Shown piece by piece: positions 17,247-27,392 of a DNA stretch of 43,027 bases; the stretch's first letter is position 1; each line of letters begins with the position of its first letter. Source of the DNA: an uncultured Hyphomicrobiales bacterium (GTDB lineage: Bacteria; Bacteroidota; Ignavibacteria; Kapaibacteriales; UBA2268). Below the pieces are notes generated by a model. It did not search any database. It saw only the letters and a program-made list of their open reading frames with translations, and was not told the DNA's origin. The DNA lies in contig CAZEHW010000003.1 in assembly GCA_964511865.1 (NCBI GenBank), positions 1-43,027 on the forward strand, read 5' to 3'. The translations under genes were made by a program, and so were the position numbers.

Positions 17247-18047
17247 ATGAAAAAATTAACTATTATACTGTTTCTGATTTTCTTAATAAATGCAAACGCA
17301 TTTTCGCAGGTTTCTGAAATTCATTGCAAGCATTTTTTCTTTGGATACCCAACGGGTACTCCTGCAAGTAACGATATGATAATCCGAGATATTTATGCAC
17401 TAAGCAGTAACGATAATACAAAGTTTGCCGATTGGGTTTGCTATCGTCTTGACAAGGAGACGGTTGGAGCTAAAAACAAAGCACCCGGCAGAAAATGGAA
17501 AGCTGACACATGGCTCGATGATAACGAAACATTAGAGCCGAATGATTACAAAGAAGCACCGGAAAAGTTAAATATTGACAGAGGTCATCAGGCGCCTCTC
17601 GCATCGTTCAAAGGTTGGGGAACTTGTTACGAAACTAATTATTTGTCGAATATTACGCCTCAGGATGCGGAACTCAATCGCGGACTTTGGAAACAACTCG
17701 AAGAGAAGGAGCGAAAATTAACTGATACATTTGATGTTATTTACGTTATGACAGGTCCCTTATATGAAAAAAATATGGAAAAACTTCCTAAAGCAGACGA
17801 ACCTCACAAAGTACCAAGTGGTTATTGGAAAATTATCTGCGTTCCTGTTTCTGAAAGCCAATTTGAACATGCCGCATTTATTTTCAATCAGAGTGTGGAT
17901 AAAAACGATAAGTTAATAAATCACTTAGTAACTATTGATGAAATTGAAAAACGAAGTGGTCTTGATTTTTTGTGGATACTTGATGATAAAATTGAAAACA
18001 AAGTTGAAAAAGACATTAATAAAAAATGGGTTATCAAATTATTTTAA
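17247..18047 (+). CDS. Secreted DNA/RNA non-specific endonuclease (NucA/Endonuclease_NS family)
   Basis: Signal peptide 'MKKLTIILFLIFLINANAFS' and the beta-beta-alpha-Me active-site motif 'DRGHQAP...N..PQ...N'. Confidence 0.85.
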   Translation: MKKLTIILFLIFLINANAFSQVSEIHCKHFFFGYPTGTPASNDMIIRDIYALSSNDNTKFADWVCYRLDKETVGAKNKAPGRKWKADTWLDDNETLEPNDYKEAPEKLNIDRGHQAPLASFKGWGTCYETNYLSNITPQDAELNRGLWKQLEEKERKLTDTFDVIYVMTGPLYEKNMEKLPKADEPHKVPSGYWKIICVPVSESQFEHAAFIFNQSVDKNDKLINHLVTIDEIEKRSGLDFLWILDDKIENKVEKDINKKWVIKLF

Positions 18048-18208
18048 TTATTTGACTTAATTATTATATCTATAAATATTTCGAGAACTATATGGTTTTC
18101 AGTATTTAATTTTATTAACAAGTGTAAATTTTCTTATAATAATTGTTAAATTTTAGTTAATTTTATATCTTTAGTATAATTGAATTAAATAATAATATAG
18201 AAAAAATT

Positions 18209-20989
18209 ATGCCTTGGCACTCGAAAAGCATACAGGAAACGATAGATAGTTTTGGAACATCTCTCAAAGATGGGCTAAAATCAGATGTTGTACCAAAGAT
18301 GAGAGAAAAATACGGTATCAACGATTTGGTTGTTGAAAAGCCCACACCTGCTATAATACTTTTATTACAGCAATTCCATGACCCGGTACTATATATTTTA
18401 ATGGTAGCCGCAGTATTAAACGCATTTCTTGCCGAGCTAAAAGACACTTTTGTTATAGCCGCTGTGGTTATTTTGAATTCAGTTATTGGTTTTATTCAGG
18501 AACGAAGAGCATCAGATGCATTAAATGCCTTAAAGAGAATGGCGGCACCTGCGGCAAGAGTAATCCGAGACGGTGAACATCTAAACATCCCAACCAATGA
18601 AGTTGTTGTTGGCGACATAATTCTTCTTGAAAGCGGTGTCCGGGCTCCTGCTGACGCAAGATTGGTGGAAACCCAAAACTTAACAGTTGACGAATCCATG
18701 TTGACAGGTGAATCATTTGCAATTGTTAAAGATGCAGATGACCTAATACCTGAAAAGTCTCCTTTGGGTGATAGATTGAATATGATTTATTCCGGGACAA
18801 TAGTCCAAAAAGGCAGGGGTATAGGTATTGTAACCAGTGTTGGAACCGGCACAGAATTTGGAAAAATATCGAAAAAAGTTGCCGAAGCAGATGAAACCAT
18901 ATCACCGTTACAAACACAGATTGCACAGTTTGGTAAGATATTGAGCATAGGCATTCTTTCAACGGTAGCCGCAATATTTCTTATTGGGTTTTTAAGGGAT
19001 ATTAATTGGCTGACGATGTTTCTAACAGCAGTTGGTTTGGCAGTTTCCGCCATACCGGAAGGATTACCTGTTGCAGTTACAATAACCCTTTCGATAGGTA
19101 TATCGCAAATGGCAAAAAATAACGCAATAGTTAAAAAGCTCGCCGCTGTTGAAACCTTAGGCAGTTGTAATGTGATTTGCACTGATAAGACAGGTACTTT
19201 AACGAAAAATCAGATGACTGTAACACGAATGTTCTGCGGGGATAATGTTTACAAAGTTATTGGAAGCGGATATTCCAAGGATGGTTCTGTTGTAGATAAA
19301 GCTACAGGTAAACCGATGAAATACGGAGATTTCCCGGTTATGGACAGGTTTGCCCAAATCTCTGCTCTATGTACCGAATCAACCATTGTTTTAGATGGTA
19401 GTGATTGGAAAATAAACGGAGACCCAACCGAAGCGGCTTTGATGATTACTGCTGAAAAGCTTGGGTATAAATGCACAGACTGCAAAGTGTCCATAGATAT
19501 TCCTTTTGAGTCCGAAAACCAACTAATGGCTGTAAGAGCAATCCATGATGGAGAGGACTGTGTTTTTGTTAAAGGTGCTCCTGAAAATATTTTAGCACGT
19601 TGTAAAAACATGACCGGTTTGGATGATACTTTAAAACCAATAGATATAGAATATCTAAGAAAAAAGGTTGTCGAATTTTCCAAGGATGGTCTTAGAGTTT
19701 TAGCTTTGGCAGGAACAGAAAAATCGAACATTGAAACAATTGATATAGACAATTTAAAAGACCTCAATTTCATAGGATTTGCCGGCATTGAAGATGCAAT
19801 CCGACCTGAAGCCGCAATAGCAGTTAAAAAGTGTCATCAGGCAGGCATCAGAGTTGTTATGATTACCGGTGACCATTCCAGAACGGCTCAGGCAGTCGCC
19901 AAGTCTGTCGGTATCGGCAAAGGCAAGAAGTTGCCTGCCGCTATAAACGGAATGGAAATAGATGAGTTAAATGATGAAGAACTGTTTGAGAAAGTTCCCG
20001 GCATTGATGTTTATGCAAGAGTTGCACCACATCACAAATTCAGAATCGTTAAGCAATTACAGAGGCACAATTACACTGTTGCAATGACCGGAGACGGTGT
20101 TAACGATGCTCCTGCACTAAAGCAGGCAGATATCGGAGTAGCGATGGGCAGTGGAACTGATGTTGCCCGTGAAGCTTCACATATGATATTAATGGATGAC
20201 AATTTTGCTACGATAGTCAAGGCAGTACGCCGAGGGAGAGTTGTTCTCCAAAATTTACAGCATATTGTAATGTATATTCTTGCAACGAGCTTTGGCGGTT
20301 TGCTAACAATAGCCGCATCAGTTTTGGTAGGTTTGCCTTTACCTGTTCTACCTGCTCAGCTTTTGTGGATTAATTTAGTAACTGATGGCACATCTACATT
20401 TCCATTGGCTTTTGAAAAAGAGCATGGGGATGTAATGGTATTCCTCCCGCGAAAAAAAGATGAACCTCTGATAACAAAAAAGATGTGGGGCAGAATGTTT
20501 CTTGCAGGTTTTATAATGATGCTCGGAACACTTGGCGTTTTTTATTACTCCGTTCCTGATATATTCAATGCAACAGCTGAAGAACTGGCATATGCAAGAA
20601 CACTTGCTTTTTGTGTACTGGCTTTCTTCCAAATATGGAATGTACAAAATTCCAGGTCAATAGAAAGGTCACTGTTTTTCAATCTGCCATACACAGGCGG
20701 CGAAAAAATAGATAAAGCGAGTATTGGAAAAAACCCTATTCTACTTGCAGTAATGCTTTTGGCTATTGGCTTGCAGGTATCGGCAGTTGTATTGCCATTT
20801 ATGAATACATTGCTTGATACAATACCTTTAACATTCATTGATTGGTTAATGGTATTTGGATTAACTTTCTCCATTATTATTGCAGTTGAGATTATAAAAA
20901 TATCTCAGGCTCTTTATAATAATGCAAAAGGAAAAGCAAGGGATGATGTTAATAAGGAAGCGATGCAAAGACCGGGAATGGATTTTTAA
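18209..20989 (+). CDS. P-type cation-transporting ATPase (Ca2+/Mg2+ type, P2 family)
   Basis: 'TGES', phosphorylation site 'ICTDKTGTLT', 'MITGD', 'TGDGVNDAPAL', and about 10 TM segments. Confidence 0.95.
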   Translation: MPWHSKSIQETIDSFGTSLKDGLKSDVVPKMREKYGINDLVVEKPTPAIILLLQQFHDPVLYILMVAAVLNAFLAELKDTFVIAAVVILNSVIGFIQERRASDALNALKRMAAPAARVIRDGEHLNIPTNEVVVGDIILLESGVRAPADARLVETQNLTVDESMLTGESFAIVKDADDLIPEKSPLGDRLNMIYSGTIVQKGRGIGIVTSVGTGTEFGKISKKVAEADETISPLQTQIAQFGKILSIGILSTVAAIFLIGFLRDINWLTMFLTAVGLAVSAIPEGLPVAVTITLSIGISQMAKNNAIVKKLAAVETLGSCNVICTDKTGTLTKNQMTVTRMFCGDNVYKVIGSGYSKDGSVVDKATGKPMKYGDFPVMDRFAQISALCTESTIVLDGSDWKINGDPTEAALMITAEKLGYKCTDCKVSIDIPFESENQLMAVRAIHDGEDCVFVKGAPENILARCKNMTGLDDTLKPIDIEYLRKKVVEFSKDGLRVLALAGTEKSNIETIDIDNLKDLNFIGFAGIEDAIRPEAAIAVKKCHQAGIRVVMITGDHSRTAQAVAKSVGIGKGKKLPAAINGMEIDELNDEELFEKVPGIDVYARVAPHHKFRIVKQLQRHNYTVAMTGDGVNDAPALKQADIGVAMGSGTDVAREASHMILMDDNFATIVKAVRRGRVVLQNLQHIVMYILATSFGGLLTIAASVLVGLPLPVLPAQLLWINLVTDGTSTFPLAFEKEHGDVMVFLPRKKDEPLITKKMWGRMFLAGFIMMLGTLGVFYYSVPDIFNATAEELAYARTLAFCVLAFFQIWNVQNSRSIERSLFFNLPYTGGEKIDKASIGKNPILLAVMLLAIGLQVSAVVLPFMNTLLDTIPLTFIDWLMVFGLTFSIIIAVEIIKISQALYNNAKGKARDDVNKEAMQRPGMDF

Positions 20990-21022
20990 GTGATATGTAA
21001 GAAATAGATTTTAAAATAATTT

Positions 21023-21066
21023 GTCCTGAACCGGAAGAGGAATTTTTACTCTTTTCAGTTCAGGAC
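21023..21066. terminator. Hairpin terminator between convergent ATPase and htrA genes
   Basis: GTCCTGAAC (21023-21031) pairs with GTTCAGGAC (21058-21066), with additional inner pairing (GAAGAG/CTCTTT). AT-rich flanks on both sides. Confidence 0.65.
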
Positions 21067-21088
21067 AATTTTAATTTAACTTATAATA

Positions 21089-22627
21089 TTATTTCTTGTC
21101 TTCGGGAACTGCAATAGCTACGATTCTATTTGAATCTTTATATTTAATATGCAGAAGAATACCATCACCGGGTGATTTAGATTTAATTATTTTTTTCAAA
21201 TCAGAGGGTGAATTAACTTCTTTTCCGTCTGCTTTAACAATTACCCCATTAGGAGACAAACCGCGACGGGAAGCTTCACTGTAACGTTCTACACCTGTAA
21301 TTAAAGCACCGGATTTGACATCCAATGCATCTTTTGCATCTTTAGTTAAAGAGCCAACGGTAAAACCAAGATTATCAAATTTGACTTCATTAGTTTCTTT
21401 GTCGGATTCTTTATCATTTCCATCATCACTTTTAACTGCTATCTCGGTTTCATCCTCATCGCGGGCTTTAAGCTTAACATCTTTTGTAATTTTCTTTTTG
21501 TCTCTCCAAATAGTAAGTTTTACTTTATCACCTGCACGGCGTAGTACTATCTGGCTTTGTAGTTCATTGGATGTTGTAACTTTTTTACCATCGATTTCGA
21601 GAATAACATCACCTGCCTGAATATCGGCTTTGTCAGCGGCACCGTCTTTAATAACATCCTTAACCATAACTCCGTCAACTTCATCAAGTCCTACAGCTTT
21701 TGCTTCAGTTTCATCCAAAGTGCTAATCCTTACACCAATATAGCCACGGTCAACCTTACCGTCATCCATTAAATCAGAAATAACAGATTTAACCAAATCT
21801 ACCGGTATTGCAAATCCATAACCGATGTAAGAACCGGTTCTGGTAGCTATAGCTGAGTTAATCCCTACAAGACTACCTTCTAAATTATAGAGTCCGCCAC
21901 CGCTATTGCCGGGATTAATTGCGGCATCAGTTTGAATAAAATTTTCGACAGCATAACTGCTTGTTTCCTGTCGCGGCAATCCCAGACCTCCTCTGCCAAT
22001 CGCACTTACTATTCCGCTTGTAACAGTTGAATTCAATCCAAGGGGATTACCAACAGCTATTACCATTTCACCGATTTTAACATTATTTATATCTGCGAAA
22101 TGAGCTATAGGATATCCGTCTGATTCAATCTTGATAACAGCCAAATCGGTTAAAGGGTCGGAGCCAATCAGCGTTGCTTTATGCTTTTTCTTATCAAATG
22201 TTGTAACTGTAATTTCTTTTGCATTTTCAACAACATGATTATTGGTAACAATATATCCGCTTTTTGTTATTAAAACACCTGAGCCGGCGGCTTCAGCACG
22301 CCTGGGCTGATTGTTATCAAAGGGGGTTTCTCCGAAAAACTCGAAAAACTCTTTCCATTGTTCGTGGAATTGACTCGTTCCACCCTTTTCCTCTACTACC
22401 ACATTAACACTAACAACTGTTGGCAAAACTGCATCACTAACGCTTACCATTGCCTCGTTTAGTGCTTTTATCGTTGGACTCATAACGACAGGCGGATTAT
22501 CGGCTCCAATTTTTTCATTTGCAAAAAGTCCTAAACCGGACTCACTGCTGAATGTCATCACTAACCAGACACCGAGTGTAATTCCAACACCCAACAATCC
22601 AATTGCCGCAATAATATTTCTTTTCAT
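21089..22627 (-). CDS. htrA: Periplasmic serine protease Do/HtrA/DegP with two PDZ domains
   Basis: N-terminal TM/signal. Catalytic triad contexts 'TNNHVV', 'DLAVIK', 'GNSGGGL'. Two PDZ-like regions ('GDVILEIDGKKV', 'GVIVKADGKEV'). Confidence 0.95.
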   Translation of the reverse strand: MKRNIIAAIGLLGVGITLGVWLVMTFSSESGLGLFANEKIGADNPPVVMSPTIKALNEAMVSVSDAVLPTVVSVNVVVEEKGGTSQFHEQWKEFFEFFGETPFDNNQPRRAEAAGSGVLITKSGYIVTNNHVVENAKEITVTTFDKKKHKATLIGSDPLTDLAVIKIESDGYPIAHFADINNVKIGEMVIAVGNPLGLNSTVTSGIVSAIGRGGLGLPRQETSSYAVENFIQTDAAINPGNSGGGLYNLEGSLVGINSAIATRTGSYIGYGFAIPVDLVKSVISDLMDDGKVDRGYIGVRISTLDETEAKAVGLDEVDGVMVKDVIKDGAADKADIQAGDVILEIDGKKVTTSNELQSQIVLRRAGDKVKLTIWRDKKKITKDVKLKARDEDETEIAVKSDDGNDKESDKETNEVKFDNLGFTVGSLTKDAKDALDVKSGALITGVERYSEASRRGLSPNGVIVKADGKEVNSPSDLKKIIKSKSPGDGILLHIKYKDSNRIVAIAVPEDKK

Positions 22628-22929
22628 TTTATTTATCTCCTATAAGGTTGTAAACTATTTTGTTATGTCAGGCACATAAATTCAATTTCTACCGATATTA
22701 AAACCGGTTTTAAAATACTAAACCTGACTTAATTTTAAATGCTGTATAAAAAACGAAAAAAACCATTATTTGTTGCAAAATATTCATAATTGAGATGGAA
22801 TTTATCTTAAATTTTCCGGATTTCCTGAACATGATAAGAAAAAGTGTCAAAAATAATGCACACTATTTTTTGGATGTGGTTTTATTTTTTTAATCTAAAA
22901 CAGTAATTCTGATTACAGGATTAAACTAT

Positions 22930-23232
22930 TCAATTAATGATAATACCTGTGCGAACTATCTCATTATAAAATCCTGGAATATCCTGACTTCTAATGATAA
23001 GAACCGGTTCAATTCTAACGTCAATATCATTCCTAAGTTTCCATAGCAACTGAACTGTTTCGATATAATCACCTTGAAGTGTATTGACAATTACAGCAAT
23101 ATCAATATCACTGAACTCCTTTGCATTTCCAGTTGCATTTGAGCCAAACAAATAGACATTATCGAAATCGAGATATTTACGGATATGCTCTTTATAACCT
23201 TTTGCTATATTTATAATATCTTCTTTATCCAT
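22930..23232 (-). CDS. Minimal nucleotidyltransferase (MNT), partner of the HEPN protein
   Basis: 'YLFGSNATGNAKEFSDIDIAV' is a GS-X10-DxD nucleotidyltransferase motif. 100 aa. It overlaps the upstream HEPN gene by 22 nt. Confidence 0.85.
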   Translation of the reverse strand: MDKEDIINIAKGYKEHIRKYLDFDNVYLFGSNATGNAKEFSDIDIAVIVNTLQGDYIETVQLLWKLRNDIDVRIEPVLIIRSQDIPGFYNEIVRTGIIIN

Positions 23233-23597
23233 AGCTGTAATTCTTTAGTTTTATATAAAATTTCATTGCATTTTACTTCAGTTAGATACTGTCTGATTTG
23301 TTCTTTATATTTCGGATAGCGTGATTCTACATTTAATGGTTCAAGTTCATTTATAAATTCCTTCTGCTCCTCATCAAGCTTATCATATATATCTGTTTTT
23401 GATATTAAAAAACCAAGATTGTGGGTATAAGGAACAACCTCATTATGGATTTTAGTATAAAGGGCTTTCAATATTTTTTCAATTGACTGATGACACATAA
23501 AACCGACATATAAAAATCTTTTTGTACGCAACATGGCATCTGCGGTTTCAAGATCATATTCCGATAAATCAAGCCAATATTTAATGTTTTCCATCAT
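23211..23597 (-). CDS. HEPN-domain protein (HEPN-MNT module)
   Basis: 'YWLDLSEYDLETADAML...CHQSIEKILKALY' and 'ESRYP' are typical of HEPN (PF05168-like) proteins paired with MNTs. Confidence 0.85.
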   Translation of the reverse strand: MMENIKYWLDLSEYDLETADAMLRTKRFLYVGFMCHQSIEKILKALYTKIHNEVVPYTHNLGFLISKTDIYDKLDEEQKEFINELEPLNVESRYPKYKEQIRQYLTEVKCNEILYKTKELQLWIKKIL

Positions 23598-23705
23598 ATT
23601 TACAAAAATACAAAGAATAATCTAAATTTTTATATTATCTAATCTATATTATCTAAATCAATATTAATCATTGACAATTTGTTGTCTACACAATTTTTCA
23701 AAAAT

Positions 23706-26700
23706 TTATTTTTGAATTATTAATTTTCTGATTATTATATCATCAGCAATATTTATTTTTAAAAGAAAAATTCCGTTTGTTAAAAGTGATGTGTCAATTA
23801 TTCTTTCGTTACCATCGGTTTTCATGATACAATATTGTTCCCTGCCCAAAAAGTCATATACAGTTATTCCTTTGATGAATGTGTCAGATTTAAGGAAAAG
23901 TTTATCACTCGCAGGATTCGGATAAATAGTAATTGGGTCAACGACCCTTCCGTTGTTCTCATGAAGAATATCCACATCAACATAGGTGCTGTCGTAACCG
24001 GTCCAAATTGAAATTACATCGAACTCAGCATCGCTGATGGTCGTCAAAGATGCGGTGAACAAACCTTTTCCTTTTGCTACAAAATCTGCATCTAAAGTCA
24101 ATGCCTCACCGGGTTGCATAACAACGGGAGAACTGAAACCATTGTTTAATGCCGGAGCTCCTTTGTCATATCTGAAAGGTTCAGCAAATGTTGTCCAATC
24201 AGTTGAAATATCCGGATTAATATTTACTTCCATTAAATCAGTTATTGTTACCGAATCACCATATTGCCACTCCTCTAAGCTGAGATTTCTTATTGTCATT
24301 TTTCGAGTTGAATAATTATCGTAATCACTAACAGCAGTTGCTCCAAAATCAATATCATGAGTTGCTATCTTTGGAACTGTTCCAACACCTGACAAAGTAG
24401 TAGTAACTCCCTGAATATGAGGATTTGTTTCATATCTGAATTCTAAAAGATGCATACCTGTTTGTCTCGGCTGAAACATAACAGGAACAATTACTTCCTC
24501 ATGTGGATTTAATGTACGAAGCAAAGCCGCTCTGTTGAATTTGAATGCAGATGTATCACCAATAACCTGCGTGTAAATCAACCTGTTAATTGTAACTGCC
24601 GCAGAGCCACCATTATATAACCTGATTGCAGTATCGGGATTCATAGAATTCCTGACTACAGGATATGGACCTGACGGGAATTTGCCCGGTCTGTCAATTC
24701 TTTTTCTTTCCCAGTTGTAGCTTGTTGCGATTAAGTCGGATCGTATTCCGTTACCATTGAATAAAGCTATGCTGTCTATAGGATAACCATTATTCAATTG
24801 CGGGTCTTTTATTGTATTGCTTATAAAAACAATTGAATCAGTAAAATTAATTGTATCATCCGGATTATATTTAATCTGAAATGTTTTAGTCTCATTTGGT
24901 AATAATATCAGAGGATTGATTGGAGTAATATTCAATTCTTCCAATTCATCTGATGTATAAATCTTTTCTGAACTAATCATACCTATAATAAACGGTCCTT
25001 TATAGTCATAAACTTCAAGTGTTACTGTACTTTTGTTCCTAATAGTGAAGTTTCCCCAAGCACTACTACCCAATATAGTTGGCGGAAAGCTCCAATCCGA
25101 AACATCAATTACCGGAACACCAACAGAAGCTTCAACCATAGATTTATACCAAAAATTACAAGTATCTCCAACGCCGATTGAATCCCAGAATCGTCCATAG
25201 TTATTTGATGAAAATTTTACAGTAAATCGAAAGGTATCCAGCGGCTGAATAACTATGGGAGGTTCAAACTCCTCCGGAATTTCAATTGTACCCGTAGAAT
25301 CAAATAAGGTGAAGGCGGGGTAATTAAATTTTAATTTCAAGAAACTCATCTCTGCCGGTTTCGTCTCGGACTGATTTACAACCATAAATATTTTTTCTGT
25401 TGTTTGACCTTTATCATAAAAGCCAAAATTCATTGTTTGAGGTATGACAGCTAATTTTAATGCCTGATATTGTATGGTGATAGTCGTATCATTCCCATTG
25501 CAATCTGCAAATGTCAGTACTGCCAAAGCGTCTTCAGTGTTGTCAATTATTTCAAGTTTAAAGTGTACAATGGAATCAACACAAGGTTCAAAGTTGTCCT
25601 TGATAAATTTATAGTTATAGCTCAAATCCGAATGCATATAAGCTATAGCAATACCTGAACTTTCTCCCGGATTAATGGGATTATCTTCTAATACTATCTC
25701 CGCGTTTCCTTCGCAATCAATTGTCCAATTCGGTTCAGGGGGTAGAGAGTCAGAGGTTGCATCAAGAGATTTTAAACTTACTGAAGCAGGGAAGCCATAG
25801 CTGTCGCAATACGAGAAACCATAAGCATATGCTTGAAAAGGATTATTTGCTTTCAGCTTGTAAACTCCGTCTCCGGGAAGCAAGAAAGTCTTCGAATAAA
25901 AGTTTTTACCTCCTACAATTTTATGGAATGGGTTACCGGGAGGGGGAGACATATCTTTTATAGATACCCATTCAAACTCGCCTCCAACTATTTGAGCAAA
26001 CATCAAATCATCAGGCAAATTTCCTTCTGCTGTTGCTTCGTAGCATAAGTTTATATAATTGTAGGGGTAGCCGAAACCGCCTTTGATTCCGGGAGTATGA
26101 AAAGTTATATCAGTTTGGTATTGCTCCACCGGAACCAGTACCATCTGAAAAGGATCGCTGACAATCCCGTCATCCATTTGTCCCGAATTGAACTGAGTAA
26201 CTCCTATTGGTTTATCTCCGCTGATTACAAGCGGTCTGACAGTGCCTTCGTCGGCACGGAAATGCAAATAGCCATCTTGTTCAATACCGCCTGCATTTCT
26301 TATGTAGCCCATTTGCTGATGGTCCCTGAAAATTTTTGTTGTTGGTTCTTTTGCAAAAACCTTAATAATAGAGTTTTTATTTCTGTTTACTATATTTGAT
26401 ACATGATATTCCGTACCCCATGCATAAGTTGGTATTTCCATTTCTTCAATTACATCACAGCAACCGCAATTCGTTGGTACATAAGCACAAAAATTACCTG
26501 ATACAACTGAAACGGGTTTATCGGCAGAAACTTTGCTTCCTGATAAATCAGAATGTTGTCCCAGACTTCCTATCAAAATAACATCTCCTTTATCAAGATT
26601 CCACCATGAGGTTTGCCCCGGTTCCTGCCCCCCTGCAGTTCGGGACGAAACCGTTCCACCCATTGTAAACATTACTTTTGTTTTGTCATAAGCGGCGGTA

Positions 26701-27230
26701 ATTCCTGTGTAGCTTGTAAACCATTGTCCATTATTACTTGCAATATCTGCATAAGAAGCAACAATATATTCTTTTCCTAAAATATTGACAGGTAAAATAA
26801 GAAAGCCGTCAGAAGTATATTGATATCGGGTTACACCGTAACAGATAATCGGGTCATCTGATGTTATATGAACAGCTGCATTTCTCCACACTTGGTCTTC
26901 TTCAGGTGCTTCCCAAGCTGATTTTCTGCATGCCTGGCCAATTGCAGGAACTAAAGTAAATTCAATGATGTCGTTGGGTAAAGTATATTGAGATTTGGAA
27001 TACCCTTTTCCTTCAACTTCAATAGTTACTTTGGTACGGACTTGTGAGGAGATATAAATTTTTAAATCATCATTATTTGACTCCCACGCCGGAATAAAGG
27101 TAAAATAGAATTCCGTACCGGCATTATTAGAGCCCAGAAGCTTTGGAAGCGAAGATACGTCAATATCTTTTGCAAACAGATTAACAGATATAAATACTAA
27201 TAAGCTAATCAACGAGTATAATTTTTTCAT
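23706..27230 (-). CDS. Very large secreted T9SS cargo protein (IgGFc-binding-like N-terminal region, multiple Ig/ASH-like modules, T9SS C-terminal domain)
   Basis: Signal peptide 'MKKLYSLISLLVFISVNLFA' (ATG 27230 preceded by GGGAGAAACT). C-terminus 'IYPNPASDKLFLKS...ITVYDFLGRE...LLTNGIFLLKINI...RKLIIQK' is a Por/T9SS tail. Confidence 0.8.
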   Translation of the reverse strand: MKKLYSLISLLVFISVNLFAKDIDVSSLPKLLGSNNAGTEFYFTFIPAWESNNDDLKIYISSQVRTKVTIEVEGKGYSKSQYTLPNDIIEFTLVPAIGQACRKSAWEAPEEDQVWRNAAVHITSDDPIICYGVTRYQYTSDGFLILPVNILGKEYIVASYADIASNNGQWFTSYTGITAAYDKTKVMFTMGGTVSSRTAGGQEPGQTSWWNLDKGDVILIGSLGQHSDLSGSKVSADKPVSVVSGNFCAYVPTNCGCCDVIEEMEIPTYAWGTEYHVSNIVNRNKNSIIKVFAKEPTTKIFRDHQQMGYIRNAGGIEQDGYLHFRADEGTVRPLVISGDKPIGVTQFNSGQMDDGIVSDPFQMVLVPVEQYQTDITFHTPGIKGGFGYPYNYINLCYEATAEGNLPDDLMFAQIVGGEFEWVSIKDMSPPPGNPFHKIVGGKNFYSKTFLLPGDGVYKLKANNPFQAYAYGFSYCDSYGFPASVSLKSLDATSDSLPPEPNWTIDCEGNAEIVLEDNPINPGESSGIAIAYMHSDLSYNYKFIKDNFEPCVDSIVHFKLEIIDNTEDALAVLTFADCNGNDTTITIQYQALKLAVIPQTMNFGFYDKGQTTEKIFMVVNQSETKPAEMSFLKLKFNYPAFTLFDSTGTIEIPEEFEPPIVIQPLDTFRFTVKFSSNNYGRFWDSIGVGDTCNFWYKSMVEASVGVPVIDVSDWSFPPTILGSSAWGNFTIRNKSTVTLEVYDYKGPFIIGMISSEKIYTSDELEELNITPINPLILLPNETKTFQIKYNPDDTINFTDSIVFISNTIKDPQLNNGYPIDSIALFNGNGIRSDLIATSYNWERKRIDRPGKFPSGPYPVVRNSMNPDTAIRLYNGGSAAVTINRLIYTQVIGDTSAFKFNRAALLRTLNPHEEVIVPVMFQPRQTGMHLLEFRYETNPHIQGVTTTLSGVGTVPKIATHDIDFGATAVSDYDNYSTRKMTIRNLSLEEWQYGDSVTITDLMEVNINPDISTDWTTFAEPFRYDKGAPALNNGFSSPVVMQPGEALTLDADFVAKGKGLFTASLTTISDAEFDVISIWTGYDSTYVDVDILHENNGRVVDPITIYPNPASDKLFLKSDTFIKGITVYDFLGREQYCIMKTDGNERIIDTSLLTNGIFLLKINIADDIIIRKLIIQK

Positions 27231-27392
27231 AGTTTCTCCCTTTTTGTATTGTTTCTTACTTATATAACACAAAAGAATGGAAAATGTTACACTTTTTTTT
27301 GAAAAAAGTGAAAATAATTAAGAAAATTTTTGGTTTTTATAAGAAAAGTGTAGATTTTTTTGCAAATGTGTCGAATTTTAAGGATTTCTGGA

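Noticed and set aside
18163-20874. Multiple minus-strand ORFs (18163-18447, 18492-18722, 18787-19182, 19249-19788, 20375-20647, 20545-20874) inside the P-type ATPase gene
   Set aside because: They are antisense shadow ORFs within a gene whose P-type ATPase motifs are unambiguous. The same reasoning applies to 779-1021, 1215-1601 and 2168-2704 (inside the 971-aa gene), 4098-4505 and 4520-4864 (channel gene), 7276-7978 (dnaJ), 14130-16749 plus-strand ORFs (mcrB), 21096-21620 (htrA), 24037-26581 plus-strand ORFs (1174-aa gene), 27914-28297, 28611-29027, 34489-35062 and 36194-36686.
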